A DNA stretch of 64,000 bases from Centroscyllium fabricii. Lineage: Eukaryota. Each line of letters starts with the position of its first letter. The stretch's first letter is position 1. The position numbers were made by a program, and so were the translations under genes. The notes under the pieces were generated by a model. That model did no database searches. It was not told where the DNA came from and saw only the letters and a list, made by a program, of their open reading frames with translations. Of the stretch, positions 12,632-22,994 are shown piece after piece. The DNA lies in NCBI GenBank assembly GCA_051313645.2, contig JBNRSN020000002.1, forward strand, positions 554,776,001 through 554,840,000. The letters run 5' to 3'.

Positions 12632-13378
12632 GGGCTAGAAATTGGTCACCCTGTGCCTGCCTGTTAGCGCCCCACAATTAGCGCCGGCGCTTGCACCTAG
12701 CGCGAAATTCAGTGGGGCGCTAAGGTGGGCGGTAACCGGTAGCGCCCTACTGAATTTCGTGCCCAGCTGGCCAATGGGAATGATGTCATCACCTTGTGCA
12801 GCGCCATTCTGGCACCTGCGACGGAAATTGGGCAGCGCCCGCTAAGTTTTTGGTGGGCGCTGCCCGTGCCAGCTTTTTCTGGCCATTACAGCAGCGGGGG
12901 AACGCTGCTTAAAGGGAAGGGTGCCGGTCGGCCATTTTTATTGCTGGCCGACCGCCAGCACCTTCCCCCTCTGCCTCCCCCGGCCTCCCCCGCTGCTCCC
13001 CCCCGGTGTCACGTCTCCTACCTGTGAACTCGGCACTTCCCTCCAGTGCCGGGCTTCCTCTGATGAATGTCGTTCCACGGCGGCCCCACGGGACTCCGGC
13101 CGCAGCCGTGCTAGGCCCCTCCCCTTTAATCGGGGAGGAAGGCCTGCAGTAACGCGGGCCGCCGCTATGCGCGCCTTGGCGCAGCGATCCCCCCATGCCC
13201 CGATCTTCGACCGCATCGCTCTAAGAGCGAGGGCGGGCTCCTGTTTTAGCGCCCGCCCTCCTATTATGGGCGCTGCAGGACAATTTCAGCTCTGACGGTG
13301 CTACCTATCGCCAGGCACTAAAAACAGCGCTGCGCCAAGGTCAGCACCAAAAAACGTGGGCTGACCAATTTCTAGCCC
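12632..13378. mobile_element. Harbinger-type GC-rich MITE (copy B)
   Basis: TIR GGGCTAGAAATTGGTCA...TGACCAATTTCTAGCCC with ATA duplication. Confidence 0.85.
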
Positions 13379-13916
13379 ATAGAGTCATAGGGCGCGAAAT
13401 TGGCGCCTTAGCGCCGTCGATTTAGCGCTGAAAAATGGGCGCTACAGGTTATAGCACCGGGAGCAGACATTTTAGCGCTGGGTGCTAAATTCAACTCGTG
13501 ATTAGCGCCGGCGCTAGCGGTTAGCGCACGCTAATTTAAGCACCTGATTCCTAGCCGCGATCCTCGTGCAACGTCCACCCTGCGTCCTGCGCCCCATATT
13601 CGGCCGCGGTCGCCGATTCAATGCCTGGCGCTAGCAGCGGCAGCTTTTTCCAGCGCAGCTGAGTCCAGTTGGGGCCATTTGGGCGGTATTTAAGGGGACG
13701 CACTTCCTTCAATTGGGGCGGCAGCCATTTTGCATGAGGGAGCCAGGAGAGAGAGAGACAAACATATCCAGAGAGCTGAAAAACATTCAAAGCTCAGGTA
13801 AACCTTTACCTTAGCTGCTAAACTGACAACTTTAAGGTACCAGCTGCTTTGCTGAGGCTGCAAAGCTTATCATTTCAAGTAAACTGCTCAAACTTTAAAA
13901 AGTTACCAGCAGCACT

Positions 13917-15170
13917 TTGGCCCTTCTGCCCTGTGGCTCAGTTATAAGGATGGGAGCTGCCCTCGATGGAGATGTTGCATTGGTGCAGTACATGGCCATG
14001 CAACAGAGAAAACGCCAGAGACACAGAGCCAGAAGGCGAGAGCGGGCACCTGTGATTGGAAGAGGCAGGCGGGCACAAAGAGATGTACGCAGGCGACCTT
14101 ACCGTCAAAGGGTGTTTGGCCAGCAGTATTCCCACATCAACATGTCGGAGGAGCAGTGTGTGCGCCACCTGTGGTTCCGCAAAGAGGTGGTGGAGGAGAT
14201 CTGCCAGCTGCTTCAGGAGGACCTGCAGCCTTACCAAAGGACCAGGACCTCTCTGTCAGTCGCAGCCAAGGTGACTGTGGCACTGAACTTTTATGCCACT
14301 GGGGCCTTCCAGGCAGGTACTGAGGACATTGCAAATATTTCCCAGTTCGCAGCACATTCCTGCATCTGCCAGGTCACAGAGGCACTCTACAGGAGGAGGC
14401 GCCAATACATCACCTTCCCCATGGATGCCGACCAGCAGCAGCAACGCCATGAGGGGTTCGCGGCTATCCAGAGCTTCCCCATGGTGCACGGTGTCATTGA
14501 TTGCACTCATGTGGCATTGCGGGTGCCTTATCGGTATGCAGAGGCATACCACAACAGGAAGGGCTTTCATTCCTTTAACATCCAACTCATCTGTGACCAC
14601 CGGCAGCTCATCATGGCAGTGAATGCTCAGTACCCAGGGAGCACGCATGATTCATTCATTCTGCGACAGAGCACTATCACCGACTTGTTTGAGGCACCCA
14701 ATCACCCAGATGGATGGCTTCTGGGGGACAAGGGGTATGGTCTCGCCCCCTGGCTCATGACACCACTCCGTGCACCCCAGACACCTGCTGAAGATCGCTA
14801 CAACATCAGCCATCAGAAGGCCAGGGCCATCATTAAACAGACCATTGGCATCCTCAAAATGCGGTTCCACTGTCAGGACCACTCCAGAGGTGCCCTCCAG
14901 TATGCGCCTGACCGCGTGTCACACTTTGTGGTGGTGTGCTGCATGCTGCACAACCTGGCAATCATCAGGACACAGCCACTACTGCCAGATCTTGTGCCAG
15001 CAGTGGAGGAGGAGGCGGAGGAGGAGGAGGCGGCGGAGTAGGAGCAGGCGGCAGAGGAGGAGGAGGTGGAGGAGCAGGAAGATGAGGATCCTCAGCAGCA
15101 GCCCCAGCAGAGGAGGCTCCTGCAAACTGGAAGGGCTGTGCGTCAGAGGCTAGTGGACAGCCGCTTCTAT
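13917..15170 (+). pseudogene. Harbinger (HARBI1-family) DDE transposase, inactivated
   Basis: VIDCTHV, NRKGFHS, YPGSTHDS, LLGDKGY, CCMLHN motifs. The third catalytic E reads K (RAIIKQTIG). In-frame TAG at 15039-15041 in the acidic tail, with the same frame continuing to RQRLVDSRF. Confidence 0.9.
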
Positions 15171-15461
15171 GTGCCTCCTAATAGAACGAGGATGGAAGGA
15201 GGTGTGGGCTTCAGCAACACCTGTCCATATATTTTCAGTGACTTTACTCCTTATTTCTGTTAATTTAAATAAATGCACAGTGAGGTAACAGAAAATAACT
15301 CTTTATTGCATTACAAATCCCCCTCCCCCACCCCACCCACAAAACATAAATAACATAGCCATCCGGCACTCCATCACAATCCCCCCACCCCACCCATAAA
15401 ACATAAATAACATAGCCAACCGGCACTACATATAAAACCACTGGCCCCGACTTCTTCTTTT

Positions 15462-15786
15462 TCAGCGGGGAGCTGGTGCTCTTTCGTCGTTCCCCCTCCC
15501 CACCCTGATGCTCCTCCTCAATGGCTCTCCAGTGGGTGCAGCAATGGGACTGGAAGGCTGTGCAGTGTCCAAACTGGACACTGTCACAGCTGACAAGCTG
15601 TGCAACCTCATGCCACAGCCTGTTGCCCTCCCTCGACGCAGGTTTGCGCCCACTCCAAGGGTACAGCGCTTCCTTGCGCTCCTCAACAGCGTTCAAGAGG
15701 GCTTCAAGGGCCCTGATGGTAAACTTTTCTGCCCGTTCTCTCGCAGCTTTAGGCATGGCCTCGGTTTCGAAAATGTCCTCTTCCAA
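15462..15786 (-). pseudogene. Harbinger Myb/SANT-like DNA-binding protein, internally deleted
   Basis: RERAEKFTIRALEALLNAVEERKEALY...LWHEVAQLVS is a Myb/SANT (trihelix) N-terminus, joined directly to a basic C-terminal-like tail in another frame. Confidence 0.75.
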
Positions 15787-16040
15787 GGTGTGGTCGCAGC
15801 ACCAGTTATAGGAGGAGGCGAGCAGGGAGTGGCTGCAATGGGAGGAAACCCTCCCCCCTTTAAGAAATAGCAGGCGCCAGCGTTGCTGGGAATCGCGGGA
15901 GGTGGTGCATTTAGTGCAGCGCTTGCGCTCGGCATTAGCGGCAAAAAATTGGCCGTCTGGCTCTTGTGCAACACCTGATTAAGCATCGAAATCTGCAAGG
16001 CCGGCGCTAAGGTGAATATCGGGCGCTTCGGCGCTAATTT

Positions 16041-18319
16041 TACAAAGGGGAAGTCATGTTTGACAAATTTGCTAGAGTTCTTTGAGGACATAACATACAG
16101 GGTGGATAAAGGGGAACCAGCGGATGTAGTGTATTTAGACTTCCAAAAGGCATTTAACAAGGTACCACACAAAAGATTATTGCTCAAGATACAAAATCAC
16201 GTGTTTCGGAGTAATATTCTGGCATGGGTGGAGGATTGGCTTTCTAACAGAAAGCAGAGAGTTGGGATAAATAATTCGTTCTCAGACTGGCAATCAGTGA
16301 CTAGTGGTGTTCCGCAAGGGTCGGTGCTGGGACCCCAACTCTTTACAATCTATATTAGTGATTTGGAGGAAGGGACCAAGTGCAACATATCAAAGTTTGC
16401 GGATGACACAAAGATGGGAGGGAGTGTGATGAGTGAGGAGGACATTAAAAACCTGCAAAAGGACATAGATAGGCTAAGTGAGTGGGCAGAGATTTGGCAG
16501 ATGGAATATAATACTGGAAAGTGTGAAGTTATGCACTTCGGCAGGAAAAATAATAGAGCGAGTTATTACCTAAATGGAAAGAAACTGGAAAGTACTTCAG
16601 TGCAAAGGGATCTGGGGGTCCTGGTGCAGGAAACACAAAGGGCACGAAATTTGTGAGCACATGTTTTCTGGCGCTAAAATGGGCGCTGGCGTTAAATTAG
16701 CGCTGAGGTGCCCGATATTGGCGTTAGCGCCGGCCTTACAAATTTCGGCGCTAATTTAAGTCTTGCACGGCTTCTAGGCGGCCAATTTTTTGCCGCTAAT
16801 TTCTGTTCCCAGGCGCAGCGCTCCCTCACCAACTGCTTGCTTCCCCATGACCTCTGCAGCCAAATAGGTCTTGAAGGGGAAGCAGAGCAGCATCTTTTCC
16901 TCCCCACTCTCTCATCAATTGGCCGATCGGGGGCTGCCCGACCCCCCTCCCCGCTCTCTGATCAGTTGCTGGATCGGGGGTCGGGCAGCCCCCGATCGGC
17001 AGCTGATCAGAAAGCGGGGAGGGGGGTCAGGCGGCCCCCAAGCGGCAACTGATCAGAGAGCGGGGAGGGGGTTTGCCGGCCTCCCTCCCCGCACTCTGAT
17101 CAATTGGCCGATCGGGACGCCTCCCCCTTCCCTTAGCAACTGGCCGATCTCGGGCTAAAGAGGGACGGTGGCCCTTTTAGCAGCGCTGCAGCAGCCACTC
17201 AAACCCGCTGCGGCACTTGCCGAAGCTGCCGTTGGCAGTGCGGGGCGGGGTGGACTGGCACAAAAGCAAATTTCAGGCACAGCCCGGCCGGCGGGCGGGC
17301 GTTGCACATTCATTTCCACGAGGATTGCTGATCGCTAATTAGCACACGCTAACGTTTAGCGCCGGCGCTAACCACTATGCCAATTTAGCGCCCGTTCCTA
17401 ATTTTGGCGCTAATTTGGCGCCGGCGCTAAGGTGCCAATTTCACGCCCAAAATGTTAGTATGCAGGTGCAGCAGGTGGTCAGGACGGCCAATGGAATGTT
17501 GGCTTTTATTGCTAAGTGGATGGAGTATAAAAGCAGGGAGGTCTTGCTGCAGTTGTACAGGGTATTGGTGAGACCACACCTGGAGTACTGCGTGCAGTTC
17601 TGGTATCCATATTTAAGAAAGGACATACTTGCTCTCGAGGCAGTGCAGAGAAGGTTCACTAGGTTAATTCCGGGGATGAGGGGGCTAACATATGAGGAGA
17701 GGTTGAGTAGGTTGGGCCTCAACTCATTGGAGTTCAGAAGAATGAGAGGCGATCTTATTGAAACATATAAGATTGTGAGAGGGCTTGATCAGGTGGATGC
17801 GGTGAGGATGTTCCCAATGGTGGGTGAAGCTAGAACTAGGGGGCATAATCTTAAAATAAGGGGCTGCCATTTCAAAACTGAGATGAGGAAAAACTTCTTC
17901 ACTCAGAGGGTGGTGGGGCTGTGGAATTTGCTGCCCCAGAGAGCTGTGGAAGATACTACATTGAATAAAGTTAAAACAGAGATAGACAGTTTCCTGGAAG
18001 TAAAGGGAATTAGGGGTTATGTTGAGTGGGCAGGTAAGTGGACGTGAGGCTAGGTTCAGATCGGCCATGTGATCTCCTGGACCAGTTTTCGATCATCTAG
18101 ATGGGTCAGAGAGGAATTTCCCAGAATTTTCTCCCAAATTGGCCACTGAGTTTTTTATCTGGTTTTTCGCCTCTCCCGGTTGATCACATGGGTTTGGGCG
18201 GGGTGGAGAGTAAGAATAAAATTGAGGTTAGGATCAGATCAGCCATGATCTTGTTGAATGGCGGAGCAGGCTCGAGAGGCCGATTGGCCTACTCCTGCTC
18301 CTATTTCTTATGTTTCTTA
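16041..18319 (+). mobile_element. 5'-truncated CR1 LINE (RT C-terminal half plus 3' UTR)
   Basis: KSCLTNLLEFF, YLDFQKAF, GVPQGSVLGP, SKFADD, RPHLEYCVQFW, RTRGH motifs; frame rejoins after removing MITE 16640-17448. Confidence 0.93.
16640..17448. mobile_element. Harbinger MITE related to the 13390-18393 element
   Basis: GGGCACGAAATT...AATTTCACGCCC with AAA duplication; arms homologous to the 13390-18393 termini. Confidence 0.85.
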
Positions 18320-18393
18320 TTTAGCAGTGGCGCTAATTTTTGCGCAGCGCCAATTTTCGCGCCCCAATTCATGCGCTCACAAATTTCGCACCC

Positions 18394-18738
18394 ATAGAGT
18401 TATACAGCACAGAAAGAGGCCCTTCGGCCCATCGTGTCCGCGCCGGCCACCTAACCCTTTTTATTCTAATCCCATTTTCCAGCATTTGGTCCGTAGCCTT
18501 GTATGCTATGGCATCTCAAATGCTCATCCAAAATGCCTCTTGAATGTTGTGAGGGTTCCTGCCTCCACCAGCCTTCCAGGCAGTGAGTTCCAGACTCCAT
18601 CCACCCTTTGGGTCAAAAAGTTCCTCCTCAAATCCCCTCTAAACCTCCTGCCCCTTACCTTGAAACTATGCCCCCTTGTTATTGACCCCTCTCCTAAGGG
18701 AAAAAGTTCCTTTCTGTCTACCCTATCTATGCCCCTCA
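18394..18738 (-). mobile_element. CR1 3' end
   Basis: MRGIDRVDRKELFP...TRGHSFKV...FLTQRV..WNSLP; ATAGAGT tail. Confidence 0.85.
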
Positions 18739-19262
18739 TAGAATCATAGAATCATAGAATCCCAACAGTGCAGATAGAGGCCATTTCGGCCCATCGAGCC
18801 TGCACCGACACATATCCCACCCTATCCCTGTAACCCCACATATTCCCACCCTATCGCCGTAAACCCACATATTTAATCCCCCTAACACTAACATAGAAGA
18901 TAGGAGCAGGAGTAGGCCATTCAGCCCTTCGAGCCTGCTCTGCCATTCAATGAGATCATGGCTGATCATCCAATCCCAGTATCCCTCGATCCCTATTGAG
19001 CCTGCACTGACACATATCCCACCCTATCCCTGCAACCCCACATATTCAATCCCCCTAACACTAAGGGTCAATTTATCCTGGCCAATCAACCTACCCCCGC
19101 ACATCTTTGGACTGTGGGAGGAAACCGGAGCACCCGGAGGAAACCCACGCAGACACGGGGAGAATGTGCAAACTCCACACAGATAGTACCCGAGGCCGGA
19201 TTTGAACCCGGGCCTCTAGCGCTGTGAGGCAACAGTGCTAACCACTATGCCACCGTGCCGCC
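18739..19262 (-). mobile_element. HE1-like tRNA-derived SINE (composite copy)
   Basis: Head GGCGGCACGGTGGCATAGTGGTTAGC on minus, GTGTGGAGTTTGCACATTCTCCCC core, CR1-type tail. Confidence 0.8.
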
Positions 19263-19410
19263 CTCATAATCTATATTGATATTCCATATTATTTAGCTTT
19301 AACATTCCCCCCCTCCCCGCCCGCATTCAGTTAAGATAATTTTCGCAGTTAGTGGCTTGAATGGTGACGCACAATCAATTAAACTCAAAGACTGGTTGAG
19401 ATTCAACTAA

Positions 19411-20140
19411 TGCCCTAGTTTCACTGGAGGCTAAGTATGCCAAGTATCCCAAGAATCGTCAAGAATCGAAATCTTGGCGATTCTTGGTGATTCTGCATGA
19501 AATGCGAAAAATACTTGGTTGAATCTTGGCGATTCTTGGTGAATTCTTGGCGATTCTGGACAAGGTTACGAATCTATCACGAATTATTTTACGAATGAGG
19601 TACGAATCACTCACGAATCCACCACGAATTGCAAGAATTAATTAAGAATCCACTACGAACTCCACGAATTAGTTACGAATTCTACGAATTAGCTACGAAT
19701 TATCTACGAATTGCATTCGTAGTGCATTCGTAGACATTCGTGGACAATCGTGGTGCATTCGTGGTGCATTCGTGGTGCATTCTTGATTTTGAAAAAATCA
19801 AGAATGCCCAAGAATAGTCAAGAATGCACCACGAATCCACTACGAATCAGTTACGAACGGTAAGAAAGGGTCACGAACGGTAAGAATGGGTCACGAATTG
19901 TTTACGAATCTATCACGAATTGGAAAATCGGGAACCCTCCTACGAAATTTTTTGACAAACAAAAACTTTCTTTAAAACTAAAAGAACTCCCGCGAACTAC
20001 CGCGAACTCTACGATTCCGCTACGAATCCACTACGAATCCACTACGAATCTACTACGAATTGCAAGAATGACCCACGAATCGGCCAAATTTCAAAATCGG
20101 CACGATTCGGGAATTCGTAGCCTCCAGTGAAACTAGGGCA
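19411..20140. mobile_element. PIF/Harbinger-like MITE built of ACGAAT/AAGAAT micro-repeats
   Basis: Perfect 23-bp TIR TGCCCTAGTTTCACTGGAGGCTA with TAA duplication. Confidence 0.88.
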
Positions 20141-20313
20141 TAAGGCTTTTATTAGCAGTGATTTGAGCCTGGCTCCTTCCACAGTCGAGTCCATGGGATA
20201 ATGGAGAAAGCTCAGCAGCCGCTGGCTTTATACTCGGAATGTGGGTGGAGCCAGCGCTGACCGAGTCCTCCGAGAACCGAGGTTACAAACAGTGGTGGCG
20301 AACGGTATTGCAT

Positions 20314-20560
20314 GTAACTATATACAACAGTGAATAGACAGTGAATAACAAGGTAACTATATACAACAGTGAATAGACAGTGAATAACAAGGTAACTATA
20401 TACAACAGTGAATAGACAGTGAATAACAAGGTAACTATATACAACAGTGAATAGACAGTGAATAACAAGGTAACTATATACAACAGTGGATAGACAGTGA
20501 ATAACAAGGTAACTATATACAAACAGTGAATAGACAGTGAAACTATATACAACAGTGGAT
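20314..20560. repeat. 39-bp minisatellite (about 6 units) within LTR U3
   Basis: Unit GTAACTATATACAACAGTGAATAGACAGTGAATAACAAG repeated head-to-tail. Confidence 0.92.
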
Positions 20561-21184
20561 ACGTGGTAGTAAACCGTATTGTGGTTTACCACAAATGGTT
20601 CATTTATATTTTTCTGCAAAAAGTGCAGAGGAGAGGGGAATATTCCAACTGGATTTATTTTTAAAAATACAAGAGTCAATATAAGGAAACTTATAAAAGC
20701 GAAGATTTACTCCAATCCTTGGGACAAGTTCCATGGTTTCAGATTCTAAATGGTTTGGTAAATAAAGATTGATTTTAGAGCCCGTGGACACTTGAAGGTA
20801 CAGAAAGCTTTTGGCAAAACAATTGTATCTTTGAAGTTATCTTTTGATATTTTACAGCAGCAAGGTGCTGGAGAAAGTGCTTTAAGCTTAACTCGTATTT
20901 TGTTATACTTCAAATGGAAAAATCTTGTCAGAAAAGAATGATCAACACCTTGAAGCCATTGAACACATTGTCTGTAATTCATAAAGACCAGGAGGGGAAG
21001 GACCAGGGATCCTTCATCTCTCACTCTCTTAACTGCTTTAACAGACTTCCCACAAAGTGTAGGACTATTCTCCTCTCCGGTTTACACTCTGATCCACCTC
21101 ACTATCATTCTCATAAAAGTCTCACTGTCAGACTTATGGAATCATAGAATGATACAGCACAGACATTTTTTTAATTTTTTTAAA

Positions 21185-21668
21185 AATTCATTGATGGGAT
21201 GTGGGCGTAGCTGGCTGGCTAGGCCTGCATTTAGTGCCCATCCCTAATCGCCCTCGAGAAGATGGTGGTGAGCCACCCTCTTGAACCGCTGCAGTCCTTA
21301 TGGTGTAGGTACACCCACAATGTTGCGTAGTGGTTGTTTTTACAACTGAGTGGCTTGCTAGGCCATTTCAGAGGGCATTAAGAGTCAACCACATTGCTGT
21401 GGGTCTGGAGTCACATGTAGGCCAGACCAGGTAAGGACGGCAGATTTCCTTCCCTAAAGGACATTGGTGAACCAGATGGGTTTTTGCAACAATCGACAAT
21501 GGTATCATGGTCGCCATTACTAAGACTAACATTTAATTCCAGAATTAAATTGAATTGAATTTAAATTCCACCAACTGCCGTGGTGGGATTTGAACCCATA
21601 TCTTCAGAGCATTTGACTGAACCTCTGGCTTACTAGTCTAGTGACATAACCACTACGCCACCGCCTCC
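21185..21668 (-). mobile_element. tRNA-derived SINE (third family) inserted in a CR1 tail
   Basis: Head GGTGGCGTAGTGGT...GGGTTCAAATCCCACC on minus; homologous to 50520-51143 and part of 52235-52500. Confidence 0.65.
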
Positions 21669-22594
21669 CATTCAGCCCATTGTGCCGGCTCTTTGGGAGA
21701 CCAATCAATCAATCCCACTCCCTCTGCTCCTTCCCCATTAGCCCTGTAAATGTTTCCCCTTCAAGTGTTTATCCAATTCCTTTTTGAATGTTACTATTGA
21801 ATCTGCTTCCACCGCCCTTTCAGGCAGCGCATTCCAGATCGCAACAAGTCGCTGTGTAAACGTATGTTTCCTCGTGTCGCCTCTGGTTCTTTTGCCAATC
21901 ACCTTAAATCTGTCTCCTATGGTTACCAACCCTTCTGCCACTGGAAACAGTTTCTCCTTATTTACGCTATCGAAACCTCTCATGATTTTGAACACCTCTA
22001 TCAAATCTCCTCTTATCATTCTCTGCCCTAAGGAGAACAAACCCAGTTACCCCAGTCTCTCCACATAACTGAGGTCCCTCATACCTGGCACCCATCATTC
22101 TCGTAAATCGCTTCTGGACCCTCTCCAAGGCCTTGACATCCTTCCTCAAGTGCGGTGCCCAGAATTGAACACAGTACTCCAGCTGAGACCTAACCAGTGA
22201 CTTGTAAAGGTTTAGCATAACTTCCGAAGAGTTCTGAAGAAAGGTCATCGCCCTGAAACGTTAACTCTGTTTCTCTCTCCACCGATGCTGCCTGGCCTGC
22301 TGAGTTCCTCCAGCATTTTCTGTTGAAATTTGGATTTCCAGCATCCGCAGTATTTTGCGATCGTTTTAGTATAACTTCATTGCTTATTTGCTCTATTCCT
22401 CTATTAATAAAGGCAATAATCCCATATGCCTTTTTAACAGCCTTCTCAACTTGTCCTGCCACCTTCAAAGACTTGTCTACGTACACCCGCAGGTCACCCT
22501 GTACCTGCACCCCCTTTAAAATTGTAGCATTTAGTTCATATTCTTCCTAACAATATATCACTTCACACTTCTCTGCGTTAAATTTCATCTGCCA
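21669..22594 (-). mobile_element. CR1 3' fragment (resumes after 28518)
   Basis: LYKSLVRSQLEYCVQFWAP, LERVQKRFTRM, RGDLIEVFKIM peptides. Confidence 0.85.
22225..22362 (+). mobile_element. Penelope 3' tail (pseudo-LTR) fragment with a minimal hammerhead-like motif
   Basis: Same tail as 10850-10945 and 42930-43030; flanked by an imperfect duplication GTTT(T)AG(C/T)ATAACTTC; CTGAAGA...GAAACGTT core. Confidence 0.7.
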
Positions 22595-22994
22595 CAGGGC
22601 CGGCCTTAGGCCAATTGAACCTATTTGACCCAATGGGGCCCCGCGCCCACAGGGGGCTCCCGCACCCATTACTTGAAAGTCCATACTCAAAACCCTAACA
22701 CCTTCAAACTGTGGTCACCGTTATTACTGTTATTACCACTGTAATAGTAAAGCACAACACTGTACATAGTTTTGTATTGCGACACTGTCGCGGGGTCAGG
22801 TCAGCCACACCTCTAACTCCTCCCCTCAGGTGAGTGCCTTATAGGTGGGGTCTGACCTGCCCCCATTCATTCTGTACCTGATGTTCGACCGGAGCGTAGC
22901 TCCTTTGTAAAGCTAATAAAAGCCTTTAGTTAAGGTAACTACACGTCTTTATATTATTGACGATACGTCAATTTTATGAGCTTTAAAATTTAAA

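Larger units (their letters stand above)
13390..18393. mobile_element. Two-gene PIF/Harbinger transposon (decayed) with a CR1 inserted in its right arm
   Basis: TIR GGGCGCGAAATT...AAATTTCGCACCC, ATA duplication, convergent transposase and Myb/SANT genes. Confidence 0.85.
19365..20593 (-). mobile_element. Solo Gypsy LTR containing a MITE and a 39-bp tandem array
   Basis: TG...CA termini with 5-bp duplication AATGG; TGTGGTAA start and CTAATAAAAGCC motif on minus, as in the other Gypsy LTRs. Confidence 0.85.

Noticed and set aside
11931-13295. Cluster of Gly/Ala/Arg-rich ORFs
   Set aside because: Chance ORFs in GC-rich MITEs with no domain motifs.
13917-15041. Domesticated host gene HARBI1
   Set aside because: It lies inside TIRs with a duplication and a Myb partner, and has lost a catalytic Glu and gained a stop, so it is a transposon copy.
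20314-20560. Possible CRISPR array (39-bp repeats)
   Set aside because: Units are contiguous with no unique spacers, lie inside a eukaryotic LTR, and there are no cas genes.
20600-21130. Possible host exon or retrocopy
   Set aside because: Stops in the frames read and only a faint RARGHLK resemblance to an old LINE C-terminus; not assignable.
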